This document shows positions 40,844 through 55,705 of a stretch of 64,000 bases of DNA, piece after piece (positions within the stretch are counted from its first letter, which is position 1; every line of letters begins with the position of its first letter). Source of the DNA: Anaeramoeba ignava BMAN (taxonomy: Eukaryota > Protista > Anaeramoebae). A program made the position numbers and the translations under genes. The notes under the pieces were generated by a model, which was not told the origin of the DNA, did not search any database, and worked only from the letters and a program-made list of their open reading frames with translations. Location of the stretch: contig JAPDFW010000011.1 in NCBI GenBank assembly GCA_028826165.1, forward strand, positions 558,001 through 622,000, written 5' to 3'.

Positions 40844-43800
40844 ATGAAAAATATAGAACATGAAAATTTAATTGAAGAAATTAAACAAATTAACCTTCAA
40901 AATTTTTCCACAAATGAAATTTTTTTTGAAAAAGAAAAAAATAAATTAACAAAAAATCAAGAAGAAGAAATTTTTAATTCTTATAAAAATAAAGAATCAA
41001 GTTTAAATAAATTAACAATAATTGGATCTTTACTAAAAATTAAATTAGCAAAAAAAATACAATCCAAAAATGAATCAAAAAAAGAAAATCAAAAAAGTGC
41101 TGTTGAAGAAATTTTAACAACAGAAAGAAATTATGTTCAAAAAATATCAACATTAATTGAAGTTTTTGTGAAGCCTTTAAATAAGGAAAGTTTATTAAAG
41201 CATGGATTGATTAACTCAAATCAATTTTCTTCTTTGTTTAGTAATATTCAAGTTATTTTATCTCTTCATCAATCTACTTTGGATGAGTTGGAAGAAAAAA
41301 TTGATAAAAATCAAAGAAATACTCAAGTTGTTGCTGATGTTTTCTTACATTTTTCAAATTTCTTGAAATTATATCTTGTTTATTGTTCAAATTATGAAAA
41401 TTCAATTCAAACTCTTAATGATTTGACAAAGAAAAATGTCAAATTTACAAATTTTCTTGTTGTAATCTAAAAATCAAATTCAAATTCAAATTCCATTTAT
41501 AAATTCAAATCAAAATTAAAATCAAATTCGAAATTAAAATCAAATTTAATTCAAAATCAAATTTAAATCAAAATCAAATTAAAATAAAATTATTAAAAAA
41601 AAAGGAATGTTCCAAAAATTCAAAACTTGAATCTTTAAGTTTATCTAGTTACTTAATCCTTCCTGTTCAAAGAATCCCAAGATATAATCTTCTTTTACAT
41701 GAAATTTTTAAATCTATGGAAGAAGAAGATCCAGATAGACCTAAAATAGCTGAAGCTTTAACAAAAATTCATGATGTAGCTGATTATGTGAATGATAAAA
41801 TCAAAGAATTTGAAAATTTAAGAAAATTATTTGAAATTCGTTCTTCTTTTGATTCACATTGCCCAGTATTTTTCAGTTGAATAATTCCAAAAATATTTAA
41901 AATCAAAAAATATATTTAAAATTAAAAAATATTTAAATTCAAAAAATATTTAAATTCAAAAAATATTTAAATCCAAAAAATATTTAAATTCCAAAAATAT
42001 TTAAATTTAAAAAATATTTAAATTCCAAAAATATTTAAATTCCAAAAAATATTTAAATTCCAAAAATATTTAAATTCCAAAAATATTTAAATTCCAAAAA
42101 TATTTAAATTCAAAAAATATTTAAATTCAAAAATATTTAAATTCCAAAAAATTTAAAAATATTTAAATTCAAAAATATTTAAATTCCAAAAAATATTTAA
42201 ATTCAAAAAATATTAAAATTCAAAAAATATTTAAATTCAATAATATATTTAAATTCCAAAAATATTTAAATTCAAAAATATTTAAAATTTTGATTTAGGA
42301 ATTTCTTCTTCCTCATCGAAAACTTATTCGTTTTGGACCACTTTTAAAAATTTCACCAAAAGTAGTTGCTCAAAAAAGATACTTTTTTCTTTTTAATGAT
42401 CTTTTAATTTATGCAGATAAACCATTTCATAAATATAAACATAAGTTCTCAATGAAAATTGAATCAGCTTGGATTCAAGATCTTCCTGATATATTTCAAT
42501 ATTCAAATGCATTTTTCATTGTTACAAAAACAAAAACTTTAACAGTTTTTGCAGAAACACCAGAAATTAAAAAAAAGTGGATAGAAGATTTACGCAATGC
42601 ATTTGAAGAACAATCTGCAAAAAATCCAAATCGTAAAACAAAAATCAAAATTTAAAATTAAAATTAAAATTAAAATCAAATTCAAATTCAAATTAAAATT
42701 AAAATTTAAAATCAAAATCAAAATTAAAATCAAAATTAAAATTAAAATTAAAATTAAAATTAAAATCAAAATTAAAATTAAAATTAAAATGAAATTCAAA
42801 ATCAAAATCAAAATCAAAATCAAAATCAAAATCAAAATTAAAACCAAAATTAAAATTAAAATCAAAATTAAATTCAAATTAAAATCAAAATTAAAATTAA
42901 AATTAAAATCAAAATCAAAATTAAAATTAAAATTAAAATCAAAATTTAAATCAAAATTAAAATTAAAAATCAAAATTAAAATCAAAAATCAAAATCAAAT
43001 CCAAATTAAAATTAAAATCAAAATTAAATCAAAATTAAAGAAAAAAAAGCGGTTTTCTCACTTCCAAAGAAAATTAAATTAAAATTTTCAATTACACTCA
43101 AAATTTTGGGAATATTTGAAAATTTAAAACCACCAACTGAAGGATGTTATTCAGATCAATCAGCTTTTATTGAAGGCGATGATTTTATTGAAAGAAAAAT
43201 AACAAAATTAAATCTAAATTCACAAAATAAATCTTCAGAAAAAAAACATTTTCGAAAATCAGTTTCAATTAATCTTGTTAAATCATTAAGAAAAGATCGC
43301 AAAAAACCAAATCTTCCAAATAAAAGATCTTTCTTAAGAAATACAACTAATCTTTCTTCAGTTAGAAATTCTGAAAATTCATTAATAAATACACAAGAAA
43401 ATTTACAATATCAAATTCAAAATGATTCAAATACTAATAATTCATTATTAAAACAAAATCGACGAAAATCACAAGAATTTCCAAAAGAACAAAATTTTTA
43501 TAATTTATCAAGTAATCATCAAAATTTTATTGCTCAAAAGTTACTTAAGAATAGAAAGAATAGTAGAGTTGAAAAAAAACAAAGAAGAAAAATTGCAAAA
43601 ATGTTAGAAATTAATAAAGCAAAAGCAAAAACAAAACCAATTCCTCCTTCATTAGAAAGCAAACCCAAAAATTTGGATATTTATTATGAAAAAAATCAAA
43701 TTGACACTTTAATTGCAAATCAAAATCGAAATTCAATTCGAAATTCAAATTCAAATTCAAATCAAAATCAAAATCAAAATGAAAATTCAAATCAAAATCA

Positions 43801-44074
43801 AAATCAAAATCAAAATCATAATCAAAATCAAATTGAAAATCAAATTCAAAATCAAAATCAAAATCAAAATCAAATTCAAAATCAAATTCAAATTCAAAAT
43901 CAAAATCAAAATCAAAATCAAAATGAAAATGAAAATCAAAATCAAAATCAAAATCAAAATCAAAATCAAAATCAAAATCAAATTCAAAATCAAAATCAAA
44001 TTCAAGATCAAAATCAAATTCCAATTACAAAAATTTCATCTTTTTATTCAAAAAAAGTATCTTTCCTTCTTTAA
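40844..44074 (+). CDS. Dbl-homology/PH RhoGEF, 4 exons (40844-41461, 41605-41865, 42299-42632, ~43041-44074)
   Basis: EILTTERNYV, LFSNIQ, Y..YCSNY, LSSYLILPVQRIPRYNLLL, R..IR.GPLLK, RYFFLFNDLLIY, KKKWIEDL. Confidence 0.9.
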
Positions 44075-44257
44075 AAACAAAACAGTTTTTTTCTTTAGGA
44101 ATTTTATTTCCAATTTGTTTTTCCGATTTTATTTTTCTTTTTTAATTTTTTTCTTTGTTGAAATTTTTTTTTTTAAAAAAGAAAAAATAATAAAAATTTT
44201 TTTTTCAATTTTTATTTTTCATTTTTTTCATTTTTTTCTTTTATTCATTTATTTAAA

Positions 44258-46531
44258 ATGACAGCACCAGTTAATTTAGAAAATCCAAAAATATTAAAAG
44301 ATATTGGGAAAATTAGAGAAGAAATGTATGATCAATTTGTAAGAATAATATCAAGAGATGAAGGGAAAAAAACTATGATTTTTGATGAAGAATTATTAAT
44401 TCCATTAAGTTTAATAGTTAAACCAGAAGTTTTAAGAGTTAGTTTGAACAAGCATTTACTTTAAAATTAAAATTAAAATTCATTTTCAAATTAAAATCAA
44501 AATTAAAATTAAAATTCATTTTCAAATTAAAATTAAAATTAAAATTAAAATTAAAATTAAAATTCATTTATAAAATTAAAATCAAAATTCATTTATAAAA
44601 TTCATTTTAAAATTCATTTATAAAATTAAAACTAAAATTCATTTTGAAAATTAAAATTAAAATTAAAATTCATTTATAAAATTAAAATTCAAATTAAAAT
44701 TCAAATTAAAATTCATTTTGAAAATTAAAATTAATATAAATAAAAAAAGGCAAATGGTGTAGAAAAAATTGCATCGCTTAAAACACCACCACAAAAAAAT
44801 GATATGAAAATCTTCATATTTCTTGTGCGACCTAAAATGGATCTAATGCTTCAAATTGAAAGATATGTAAAATTTTATGACATGGACGAAGATCAAAATC
44901 GGAAGCAATTCTTTGTATATTTTGTACCACGAAAAACGGAGATTTGCGAGAACATTCTAGCGCAAAGAGGGGTTAAAGGGGGGTTAGTAATACGAGAATT
45001 CAAGATGGACATAGTTCCTTTAGATGAAGATTTATTGTCAATGGAATTCGAAGAATCGTTTAAGGAAATCATTGAAGGAGACATCACAAGTCTTTATGAT
45101 ATCGCAACAGCAATCCACAAAATCCAACGGTTTTTTGGATTGATTCCAAATGTAACTTCAATTGGCAAAAATGCAAAAGCAGTTTCTGAAATTTTAGAAA
45201 GATTGCGATATGAATCAATTATCGACGAGTCACTCGAACCCAAAATACAGAACCTTGTGATTATCGACCGCACCGCTGACATGCTGACTCCGATGGCAAC
45301 ACAACTGACTTATGAGGGGCTTGTTGATGAGTTATTTGGGATTAATCATAGTTTTATTGATTTAGAACCTGAGTATTTAGGCAAAAAGGGGAAAGAAAAG
45401 GAAAAATACCCGCTCAATTCTAATGATCTTGTTTTCGAAGAAATAAGGGATTTGAACATGGGAGAGGTCATGTCGTTCCTTCAAAACAAGGCGAAGTATA
45501 TTAGTGAATCATACGACTCACGACATCAAGCAAAAACAATCCACGAAATGCGAGACTTCATTCGGAAATTGCCGACGCTTCAGCAAGAACATCACTCGCT
45601 GGAGCTGCATTTCAAAATAGCCGAGGAAATCATCAACAGGACTCTCAGCAAACAAACATTCGTGAGCAGAATGGAGACAGAAATCAACCTGCTCACAGAA
45701 TCAACATCCGCTTTGGAGATGATCCAGGAAATGATTTGGAGAGAAGAACCAATTGTCAATGTTCTGAGACTTCTTTGTATGGAATCAATCGTCAATAACG
45801 GTCTAAAACCAAAGGACTTCGATCTTGTGCGCAGAGACATCCTTCAAGCCTATGGATACAAATACATATTCACTTTGGACAAAATGGAAGAGCAACATAT
45901 GCTCAATAAAGAAGATCCTTTAATAAAAAAAAACAAGAAGAAAATGTTCAGATTCACGTTCCCATTTCTGCGCAAAGAACTGAATCTGGCCAACGATAAC
46001 TTCTTAGAAACTGGTGATATCACTTCCGTTTTCTCTGGATATGCGCCTTTAAGTATCCGTTTGATTCAGAGACATTTGGAAAGACCTCCTCAATTTTATA
46101 ATCAAAATCCTTTTGATTTTCTTAAAGATGCTCCTTTTTATTTTCTTAGGCAAATACCCGAAAAAAAGGAACGGTTTTATTATAACCTAAAAGACACAAA
46201 AACAAACCCAGAAAGAAGAGAGAGCATCAATACTAATATCAACACAAATTCAATTTCAAATGCCAATCTCAGTACTAATATTCGTGATAATGAAGACAAA
46301 AATCAAGATTTTGATGAAAATTTGGATCAAGAATTAAATACTGAAAAAGAAGAACAGCAAAAATCTATTTGTCTTGTTTTCTTTGTTGGAGGTGTTACTT
46401 TTGCTGAGATTTCTTCGCTCAGAATTTTATCTCAAATGGAAAATAGTCGTTTTGAATATGTTGTTGCTACAACAAGATTAGTAAATGGAAATACAATGCT
46501 TAATGATTTCATTGAATCTTTAAATGATTGA
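44258..46531 (+). CDS. VPS33: Vacuolar protein sorting 33 (Sec1/Munc18 family), 2 exons (intron 44438-44749)
   Basis: IFLVRP, FVPRKTEICE..L, VPLDEDLLSME, IIDR.ADMLTP.ATQLTYEGLVDELFGI, SGYAPLSIRL, VFFVGGVTFAEISSLR. Confidence 0.92.
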
Positions 46532-46631
46532 TTTTAATTTTAATTTTTTTCGTTTTCATTTTTTTTTTCATTTTTCTAAATAAAAAAGAAAAAAAAATTT
46601 TTAAAATTTAAAATTAAAATTAAAAATTAAA

Positions 46632-49600
46632 ATGGAAAAACAATTAATTTCTTTATTAGATTTTTCAATGTGTGGAAATACTCATTTACAACAACAAGCT
46701 TTAAATGAATTGGAAACTGTAAATTATTTATTAATAATTTACCAATAATTTTAAATTTGTTTTTAAAAATTATTTGTTTTTTTTTTAGTTTTTCAAAAAT
46801 GAAGGATTTATTAGTTTTTTACTTCAATTTTTAATGAATGAAGAAACCCCAAGTCTTTATCAACAAATTACTTCAATTATTCTCAAAAATAAACTTGCAA
46901 ATCAATGGGAAGAAATTTTTGCAAGTGATAAAAAATATATAATTGAAAATATTTTGGATTCAATTATAAGTTCTGAATATTTAATTAAAAAACAACTTGC
47001 AGAAGCTTTTTATTCAATTATTTGTCATGAATTCCCACAAAATATGAATGGATTCATTGAAAAACTTGTTGAATATATTCAATCAGCAAATGTTCAAGAA
47101 GTTCACGGATCTTTGATTGCTATTCATAAAATTTGTTTTAGATATAAATTCAAGAATTATCAAAATAGAAAACCATTGTTTGAACTTATTGATAAAACTT
47201 TCCCTTTTATTTTGAATTTTTTTGAGAATATTCTTGAAACAAATTCTGAAGAAGAGTTTAAGCCTTATTTGATTTTATTGTTATCAAAATCATTCTTTTC
47301 AAGTATTAATGTAAAAAAAGCCAACAAATTTAAAAATTTTCCAAATAAAAAATTTAATTCTTTTATTATTTTTTTTAGTCAGCATTTCCTCAATATATTT
47401 TTGAAAATGATAATCTCTCTCGTTGGATTTCTGTTTTTTGTAAAGCATTGGAAATATCAATACAACTTTCTTCAAGTGAAAATAGAAATAATATTGAAGA
47501 AAAAATTTTATTAGTTTGGTGGAAATGTTCTAAAAAAATTTTAATGATTTTTTATTATTTGTTCCAAAAATTACCAAATTTATCAAAATTCAAAAATGAA
47601 AAAGAAAAAAAAATATCAATAGAATTTATGGAAAAACATACTCAATCAATTTTATCATCAATTTTAACATTACTTTCTGAATGGAAAAAAGAAGAAAATT
47701 ATCCTGAATCATTTGATCCAATTTTAAGATTATGTTTAAATATACTTAACAAAGGGTTTTTATTCAAATTCAAAAATAATTTTAATTTCAAAAATAATTT
47801 CAAAAATAATTTCAATTTAATTTCAATTTAATTTCAATTCAAATTCAAATTCAAATTTAAATTTAATTTAGAATGTTAAAATCAAAAACATTTCTTTTTC
47901 TTAAACCTCATATCTATGATCTACTTCTTGGTGTTATTTTACCAATATTAAATTTTAATGAAAAAGATGAAAATTTATGGGAAAATGAATCACTTGAATT
48001 TTTTATGAGAGAATTAGATCCTTATGGATATTCACTAATTTTAAAATCAGCAGCAAAACAATTATTTCATACAATTTTAACTTTAAGAACTGGTGATTTC
48101 TTACAACTTTTTATGGAATTTTGTGATAAAATTTTCTCTGATTATGAAAAAGATTCAAATAATCCAATTTTTGTTATTCAAAAAGAAACAGTTTTATCTT
48201 CTTTACAAATCATCTCCAAAAAAATCAAAAACACACAAAAATATTCAGGATTAATTGAAGATTTGATAGTTTTTCATGTATTTCCTGAATTTGATTCAAT
48301 TCATTCTTTTATGAGAGGAAGAGTAAATCAACTAAACAAAACAACAACAAAGCTTTATTTTTTAAATTGAATATTTTAAATTTAATATTATAAATTTAAT
48401 ATTCTCTTTATTTTTAAATTTAATATTTTTAAATTAAATATTTTTAAATTGAATATTTTAAATTGAATATTTTAAATTGAATATTTTAAATTAAATATTT
48501 TAAATTAAATATTTTAAATTAAATATTCTTAAATTTAATATTTTAAATTAAATATTTTAAATTAAATATTTTTAAATTAAATATTTTTAAATTAAATATT
48601 TTTAAATTAAATATTTTTAATTAAATATTTTTAAATTAAATATTTTAAATTAAATATTCTTAAATTAAATATTTTAAATTAAATATTTTAAATTGAATAT
48701 TTTAAATTAAATATTTTAAATTAAATATTTTAAATTAAATATTTTTAATTAAATATTTTAAATTGAATATTTTAAATTAAATATTTTAAATTTAATATTT
48801 TCTTTATTCTTAAATTAAATATTTTCTTTATTCTTAAATTTAATATTTTTAAATTGAATATTTTAAATTAAATATTTTAAATTTAATATTTTTAAATTAA
48901 GTATTTTAAATTTAATATTTTTAAATTAAATATTTTTAAATTAAATATTTTAAATTAAATACTTTAAATTGAATATTTTAAATTGAATATTTCAAATTGA
49001 ATATTTCAAATTTAATATTTTAAATTGAATATTTTCTTTATTCTTAAATTAAATATTTTCTTTATTCTTAAATTTAATATTTTTAAATTGAATATTTTAA
49101 ATTAAATAATAATTTAATATTTTTAAATTAAATATTTTTAAATTAAATATTTTTAAATTAAATACTTTTATATTGAATATTTTAAATTGAATATTTCAAA
49201 TTGAATATTTCAAATTTAATATTTTAAATTGAATATTTTCTTTATTCTTAAATTAAATATTTTCTTTATTCTTAAATTAAATATTTTCTTTATTCTTAAA
49301 TTAAATATTTTTAATTGAATATTTTAAATTAAATATTCTTAAATTAAATATTTTTAAATTAAATATTTTAAATTAAATATTTTTAAATTAAATATTTTTA
49401 AATTAAATATTTTAAATTAAATATTTTTAATTAAATATTTTTAAATTGAATATTTTAAATTAAATATTTTAAATTTAATATTTTCTTTATTCTTAAATTA
49501 AATATTTTCTTTATTCTTAAATTTAATATTTTCTTTATTTTTAAATTGAATTAAATTTTAGGCTTGTTCTTTCATTTCTGAATTTTCTAATATTAAATGG

Positions 49601-51388
49601 AAAGATATAAATCATTTATATCAAGCTTGTGATTTTGTTTTTAAATCTCTTAATGATTCATGTGTTTCAGTCCAAATTTCAGCAGCAATAGGACTGAAAC
49701 AATTATTGAAAACAATAAATACAGAATCAATTCAAATCAAAGAAATTATTCAAGATTTAATTCACAAATTAATTCTATTAGCAAATGAATTTGGAATCGA
49801 TGAAATTATTTCAACATTGCAAATCATGGTTTCTCGATTCCGCGAAGAAATAATTCCACATGCAGCACTTTTGTGCCAAAATTTATGCGACTCTTTTGCA
49901 AACATGGCATCATTTGAAACTGAAAATGAGGATCAAAAAGACAAAATAAGTCTTGCATTATTTCAGACATTGGACACAATTTCAACACTAATTGACATTC
50001 TACGACAAAATCCAGCAACACTTCAACAGATTCAGAATCTCTTGACAACATTTCTTGAGCAATATTTCAATTCAGAGACACCACAGTTTATTGAATCAAT
50101 TATTCACATCCTTCGCAAATTAACTTTTCATTCAAAACAAATTGAACCTAAAATGTTCCAATTTTTTGAATCATCAATTATGGCTGCTTTGAGTTATGCT
50201 GAAGATATTATCAAAGAAATTGTCCATTTATTACATATTTATATCTCGCGCGAAAACAATCTTTTCATAACGCTCGAGAATTCAAAATATCCTGATTTAG
50301 TTTTCCAACTTTGCAAAAGAGTTCTTTCATTAGAAAAACTTGATGAATATAATTCTATTGAAATTTGTAAACTAATTGAATCAATTCTCCAAAATTCAGT
50401 TGGAAAAATCGATGATTTTATCCCGCAATTTATCGATCTTGCTCTTTCTGCATTAAAAAAAGAAATATCCGTTCCTGCGTTGAAAGTTCTTCTTTTTGGA
50501 ATTGTTGGGAATTGTTTAATTTATAATCCTCGCCTTTCTTTATCTTATTTGCATTCTCTTCATTATGAAAATGAATTTTTCGAGAATTGGTTTTTATTGG
50601 TTGACCAAAAAAAACTGAAAAGTCTTCATTCCAAAAAAGTTGCTTTCTCTTCTCTTTGCTTCATTATGAAATCAATCGAAAATCCTGAGGATTGGATGAT
50701 ACGTTTGTCTTCACTCGTTTTGGATTATTGCTTTGTTTTATTTTCTCAAATTCAATCTCAACAGGATCAGGAAATTTTTGAAGCAGGAGAAGAACAAGAT
50801 TTTGAAATTGATTCCAAAAATCCAAACTTTGATTTGGGAAAGAATAACTTGAATGAAGATCCTGATTCAGATGTTGCTTTGTTTAATGTTACATTCGAAG
50901 GATTTGTAATGAATGGTGAAGAAAGTGATGGAGATGATGATATTGATGATAATAATTTTTTTGGTGATTTAAATCAAGATGAACTGAAAGATGATGAAGA
51001 TTATGATAATGATAAATTTATTGAAGTTGAAAATTTAAATGTTTATGATTTGAATGATTTAAATCAAGATGAAAATGTTTTTGATGGAATTGACAATGAA
51101 ATGGAAAATAATAAGAATAATATTATTAATATTAATTTTGATAATGATAGTGATAATTTTATTGATAATCAAGATGAAAAGAATATTGAAGATGATGAAG
51201 ATGATGATGAAGATGATATTTTGGAATTATTTGATTTTAATACTCCAATTAATTCAATTTCTGAAAAAGAAGTTTTTCTTGATTCAATTCGAATTTTTGT
51301 GAATTCTAATCCTAAATTTTCTGAAATTTGTTTGAATAATTTAGATCAAGAAAAACAAGATATTTGGTGGAAATTAATTGAAAACTAA
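46632..51388 (+). CDS. Importin-7/8-like karyopherin, 5 exons
   Basis: I.LKN....W, HEFP, WWKC.KK, LWE.E..EF..RE.D, HVFPEF.S...F.RGRAC, FREEI.PHA..LCQNL, acidic C-terminal loop. Confidence 0.85.
48365..49555. repeat. 14-15-bp satellite (AAATTAAATATTTT)n in the last importin intron
   Basis: Tandem units visible throughout the intron. Confidence 0.85.
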
Positions 51389-51391
51389 ATT

Positions 51392-52260
51392 ATAATTACA
51401 ATTACAATTACAATTACAATTACAATTACAATTACAATTACAATTACAATTATAATTACAATTACAATTACAATTACAATTACAATTACAATTACAATTA
51501 CAATTACAATTAAAATTACAATTAAAATTAAAATTAAAATTACAATTACAATTAAAATTAAATCTAAAATTAAATCTAAAATTAAATTATAATTAAATCT
51601 AAAATTAAATCTAAAATTAAAAATTAAAATTAAATCTAAATTAAAATTAAAATTATAATTATAATTAAATTAAATTACAATTAAAATTAAATCTAAAATT
51701 AATTACAATTTAATTACAAAAATTAAAATTAAAATTAAAATTAAAATTAAAATTAAAAAAATTAAAATTAAAATTAAAATCTAAAATTAAATCTAAAATT
51801 AAAATCTAAAATTAAAATTTAAAATTAATTTAAATTAAATTTAAAATTAAATTTAAAATTAACAATTAAAATTAAAATTAAAATTAAAATTAAAATTAAA
51901 TTTAAAATAAAATTAAATCTAAAATTAAATCTAAAATTGAATCTAAAATTAAATTTAAAATTACAATTACAATTAAATTTAAAATTAAATCTAAAAATTA
52001 AATCTAAAATAAAATCTAAAATTAAATCTAAAATTAAATCTAAAATTAAATTTAAAATTACAATTACAATTATAATTAAAATTAAATCTAAAATTAAATC
52101 TAAAATTAAATCTAAAATTAAATCTAAAATTAAATCTAAAATTAAATCTAAAATTAAATCTAAAATTGAATTATAATTAAATCTAAAATTAAATCTAAAA
52201 TTAAATCTAAAATTAAATCTAAAATTAAATCTAAAATTAAATCTAAAATTGAATTAAAAT
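51392..52260. repeat. Intergenic microsatellite between convergent importin and E2 genes: (ATTACA)n grading into (AAATTAAATCTA)n
   Basis: Pure ATTACA run 51395-51510; 12-mer run 51990-52250. Confidence 0.85.
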
Positions 52261-52545
52261 TAAAATCAAAATTCCTTTCTTCTTTTAATTAAGAATTTTT
52301 TTGAATGGTTTTTATTTACCAATCCAAAAAGAAAAAAAAGAAAAGGGAAAAAAAATCAATTAGAATGAAAAGCTTAAAAAAATTTTTTTTTTTGAATGTG
52401 TTTTTTTTTTCTTTTGTGAATGAAAAATCCTAACAAAAAAAAAAGAAAAGAAAAGAAAGAATTTGAAGAGAGAATAACAACTGTAAATTTTTTTTTTGGA
52501 TTTCAATTAAAAAATTTTTTTCTTTTGTTTCTTTTTAAAAGTTTT

Positions 52546-53491
<946 letters not shown>

Positions 53492-53721
53492 TCTAAAATT
53501 ATTAAAATGAAAAAAATGAAAAAAATGAAAAAATGAAAAAAAAAAAAATTAAAAAAAAAAATTTTTGTTTATTTTAAATAAAAGATCTTTTTCTATTTTT
53601 TGATACAATTACATCATTTAAAAAAAAAAAGAAAAAAAAAGAAAAATAAAATAAAAAAATTTTCATTTTTCTCCTTTTTTTTTCTTCTTTTCCTTTTTAA
53701 TAAAAATTAAAATAAAAAAAA
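53492..53721. promoter_or_regulatory. Bidirectional promoter (E2/VPS9) with TCATTTT elements
   Basis: Four AAATGAAA copies at 53504-53540; TTTCATTTT at 53661. Confidence 0.6.
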
Positions 53722-55461
53722 ATGAATCAAATTAATTTTGAAGTACAAAATAATCTTTTAATAAACTCACTTAGACATAATAAAACATATAATGATTTAG
53801 TAGAAATGATAGCAAAACAATCAGCAATTTTAATGGTTCCAAACAGTAAAGCATTAGAAACAATGATTTTCACAAGAGATTTTATTGAATCACATATTTT
53901 ATTAGTAAATCCTTTAGATCACACACTTTTTGTGACAGCAAATGGAATTACAGGAAGATTTACAAAGAAAAATCAAACAACCTATTTAGAAATACTTGCA
54001 AAACCACCTTCAAAACAGGAAAAAAAATTATTCCGTTCGGTTCAAAAGAAAAAATTCAATCCGTTTTTTTTGGATAAAGAAAGATTCCAAAAAAATCCTA
54101 TTCCTGAAATTAAAAATCCTTCTGTGATTGACAAAAACAAAATATATCTTTCAGAAAAACTCCCACAATGCATGTTGGCGATATTATCCCATCCCATTGA
54201 GTATCCAGGATGCTCATGGAAAAATACAGAATCTGAGAAACAAAACAATTTGAATTTCCCAGTCGAGGTTGGGGATAGTGATTCAAAAAACAAAAAAATC
54301 AGACACAGAAAAAGTCATGGAAGAAAAAGAGAAAAATCAACAAACCAAAAAACAGCAATTGGAAATGCGCATCAAATGGAGGTTTTTTTAAGCCAGTTTC
54401 CAGAATCGGATCTTTCTCGCGATGTTTCACTTTCTATAAATATTTTTTATGAAAAAAATTTAACTTCAGGTCAAGCTGGAAAGATGATGAACAATATACT
54501 TGGGAGTTTAGCGGAGAGATATCTCGACAAGAGGATATTCGCGACAAAAAACAACGAGGCTGAGGATATTTGGCAGTCAGAAATCGGCGAATATTATGAA
54601 CTCAAACAACAACAAGTGGAGTTTGTTTATGAAATTTTAGAAGAATATTTTACAGCCCATCTCTATGACTACCTGTATATTCTCAACCACAAGCATGTGG
54701 AGATGAATGATATGTTGCACACTCGATGCTTGGTTCTTTCCTTTGTCTCAGAAAAACACCTCAAAATTTTTTCGAAAATTTCCGATTTTTCAAAAATAAT
54801 CCAAATGTCAGAAAAAATACAAAATATGGATAATCACCAAACACCAAAGGGCAAGTTATCTTGTGTGTGCGAGTGCTGTTCGCTTGCATTACAAATACTG
54901 GGTGGTATCGAAAACCCACCAGAAACAAACGATGTTGATCAATTGCTGGCTTATTCCATTTTGAAGGCTTCTCCGCCTCATCTTTACTCGAATATCAAGT
55001 TCATCTCGCATTATCGAAACCCCAAGATTCTTTCGTTCACAGAAGAGGGTGCTTCTTTCCGTATGTTCTTGTCGGGGTTCCATTTCTTCCAAAACTTAAA
55101 AAGTGAGGATTTAGAAATTGATAAGCAAGAATACTTTGAAAAACTTCAAAAAAAAGAAAAAGAAATTGAGACACAAAAACAAAAGGAAATTGAAGACAGA
55201 AAAAGAAAAAAGATGGAGAAAAAGGCTAATGAGATTAAAAGGATATTATCTCAAGAAGATCCTATTGATCCAAGTGAAAGACACAAACGAAGAGAGCTTC
55301 AAGAAAATTTGTTTCCTTTTATGAATGTAAAATCAACTAAACAATTTTCAATCAAAGAAATGAAAATGTTGTTTAAAGAATATCAAAAAATGTTCTTCCA
55401 ATTCACTCAATTAAGAGATACTTTCCAAAACAAAAAGGAAATTAAAGAAAATCTTGATTAG
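53722..55461 (+). CDS. VPS9-domain protein with a VARP/ANKRD27-like N-terminus and no ankyrin repeats
   Basis: TPKGKLSCV, ILKASPPHLYSNIKFI VPS9 motifs; N-terminal ILMVP...FIESHIL...FVTANG. Confidence 0.8.
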   Translation: MNQINFEVQNNLLINSLRHNKTYNDLVEMIAKQSAILMVPNSKALETMIFTRDFIESHILLVNPLDHTLFVTANGITGRFTKKNQTTYLEILAKPPSKQEKKLFRSVQKKKFNPFFLDKERFQKNPIPEIKNPSVIDKNKIYLSEKLPQCMLAILSHPIEYPGCSWKNTESEKQNNLNFPVEVGDSDSKNKKIRHRKSHGRKREKSTNQKTAIGNAHQMEVFLSQFPESDLSRDVSLSINIFYEKNLTSGQAGKMMNNILGSLAERYLDKRIFATKNNEAEDIWQSEIGEYYELKQQQVEFVYEILEEYFTAHLYDYLYILNHKHVEMNDMLHTRCLVLSFVSEKHLKIFSKISDFSKIIQMSEKIQNMDNHQTPKGKLSCVCECCSLALQILGGIENPPETNDVDQLLAYSILKASPPHLYSNIKFISHYRNPKILSFTEEGASFRMFLSGFHFFQNLKSEDLEIDKQEYFEKLQKKEKEIETQKQKEIEDRKRKKMEKKANEIKRILSQEDPIDPSERHKRRELQENLFPFMNVKSTKQFSIKEMKMLFKEYQKMFFQFTQLRDTFQNKKEIKENLD

Positions 55462-55705
55462 TTTTTTATTATTATTTATTTAAATATTAAATTTTTATTT
55501 GCCATTTATTTTTATTTGATCAAATTAAACATTATTTTAATTTATTTTATTTTAATTTATTAATGATGAATTGGATTTTTTTTTTATTAATGATGAATTG
55601 GATTTTTTTTATTGATGGGGTTTAAAAAAATTCCTTTTTTCTTTTTAAATTAAAATTCATTTCTCTTTCAATTCTTTTCTTTTTTAAAAAATTAAAATTC
55701 AAACA

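Noticed and set aside
51395-51510. (ATTACA)n as an interstitial telomere
   Set aside because: No G-rich strand of telomeric type, and it grades into neighbouring AT satellites.
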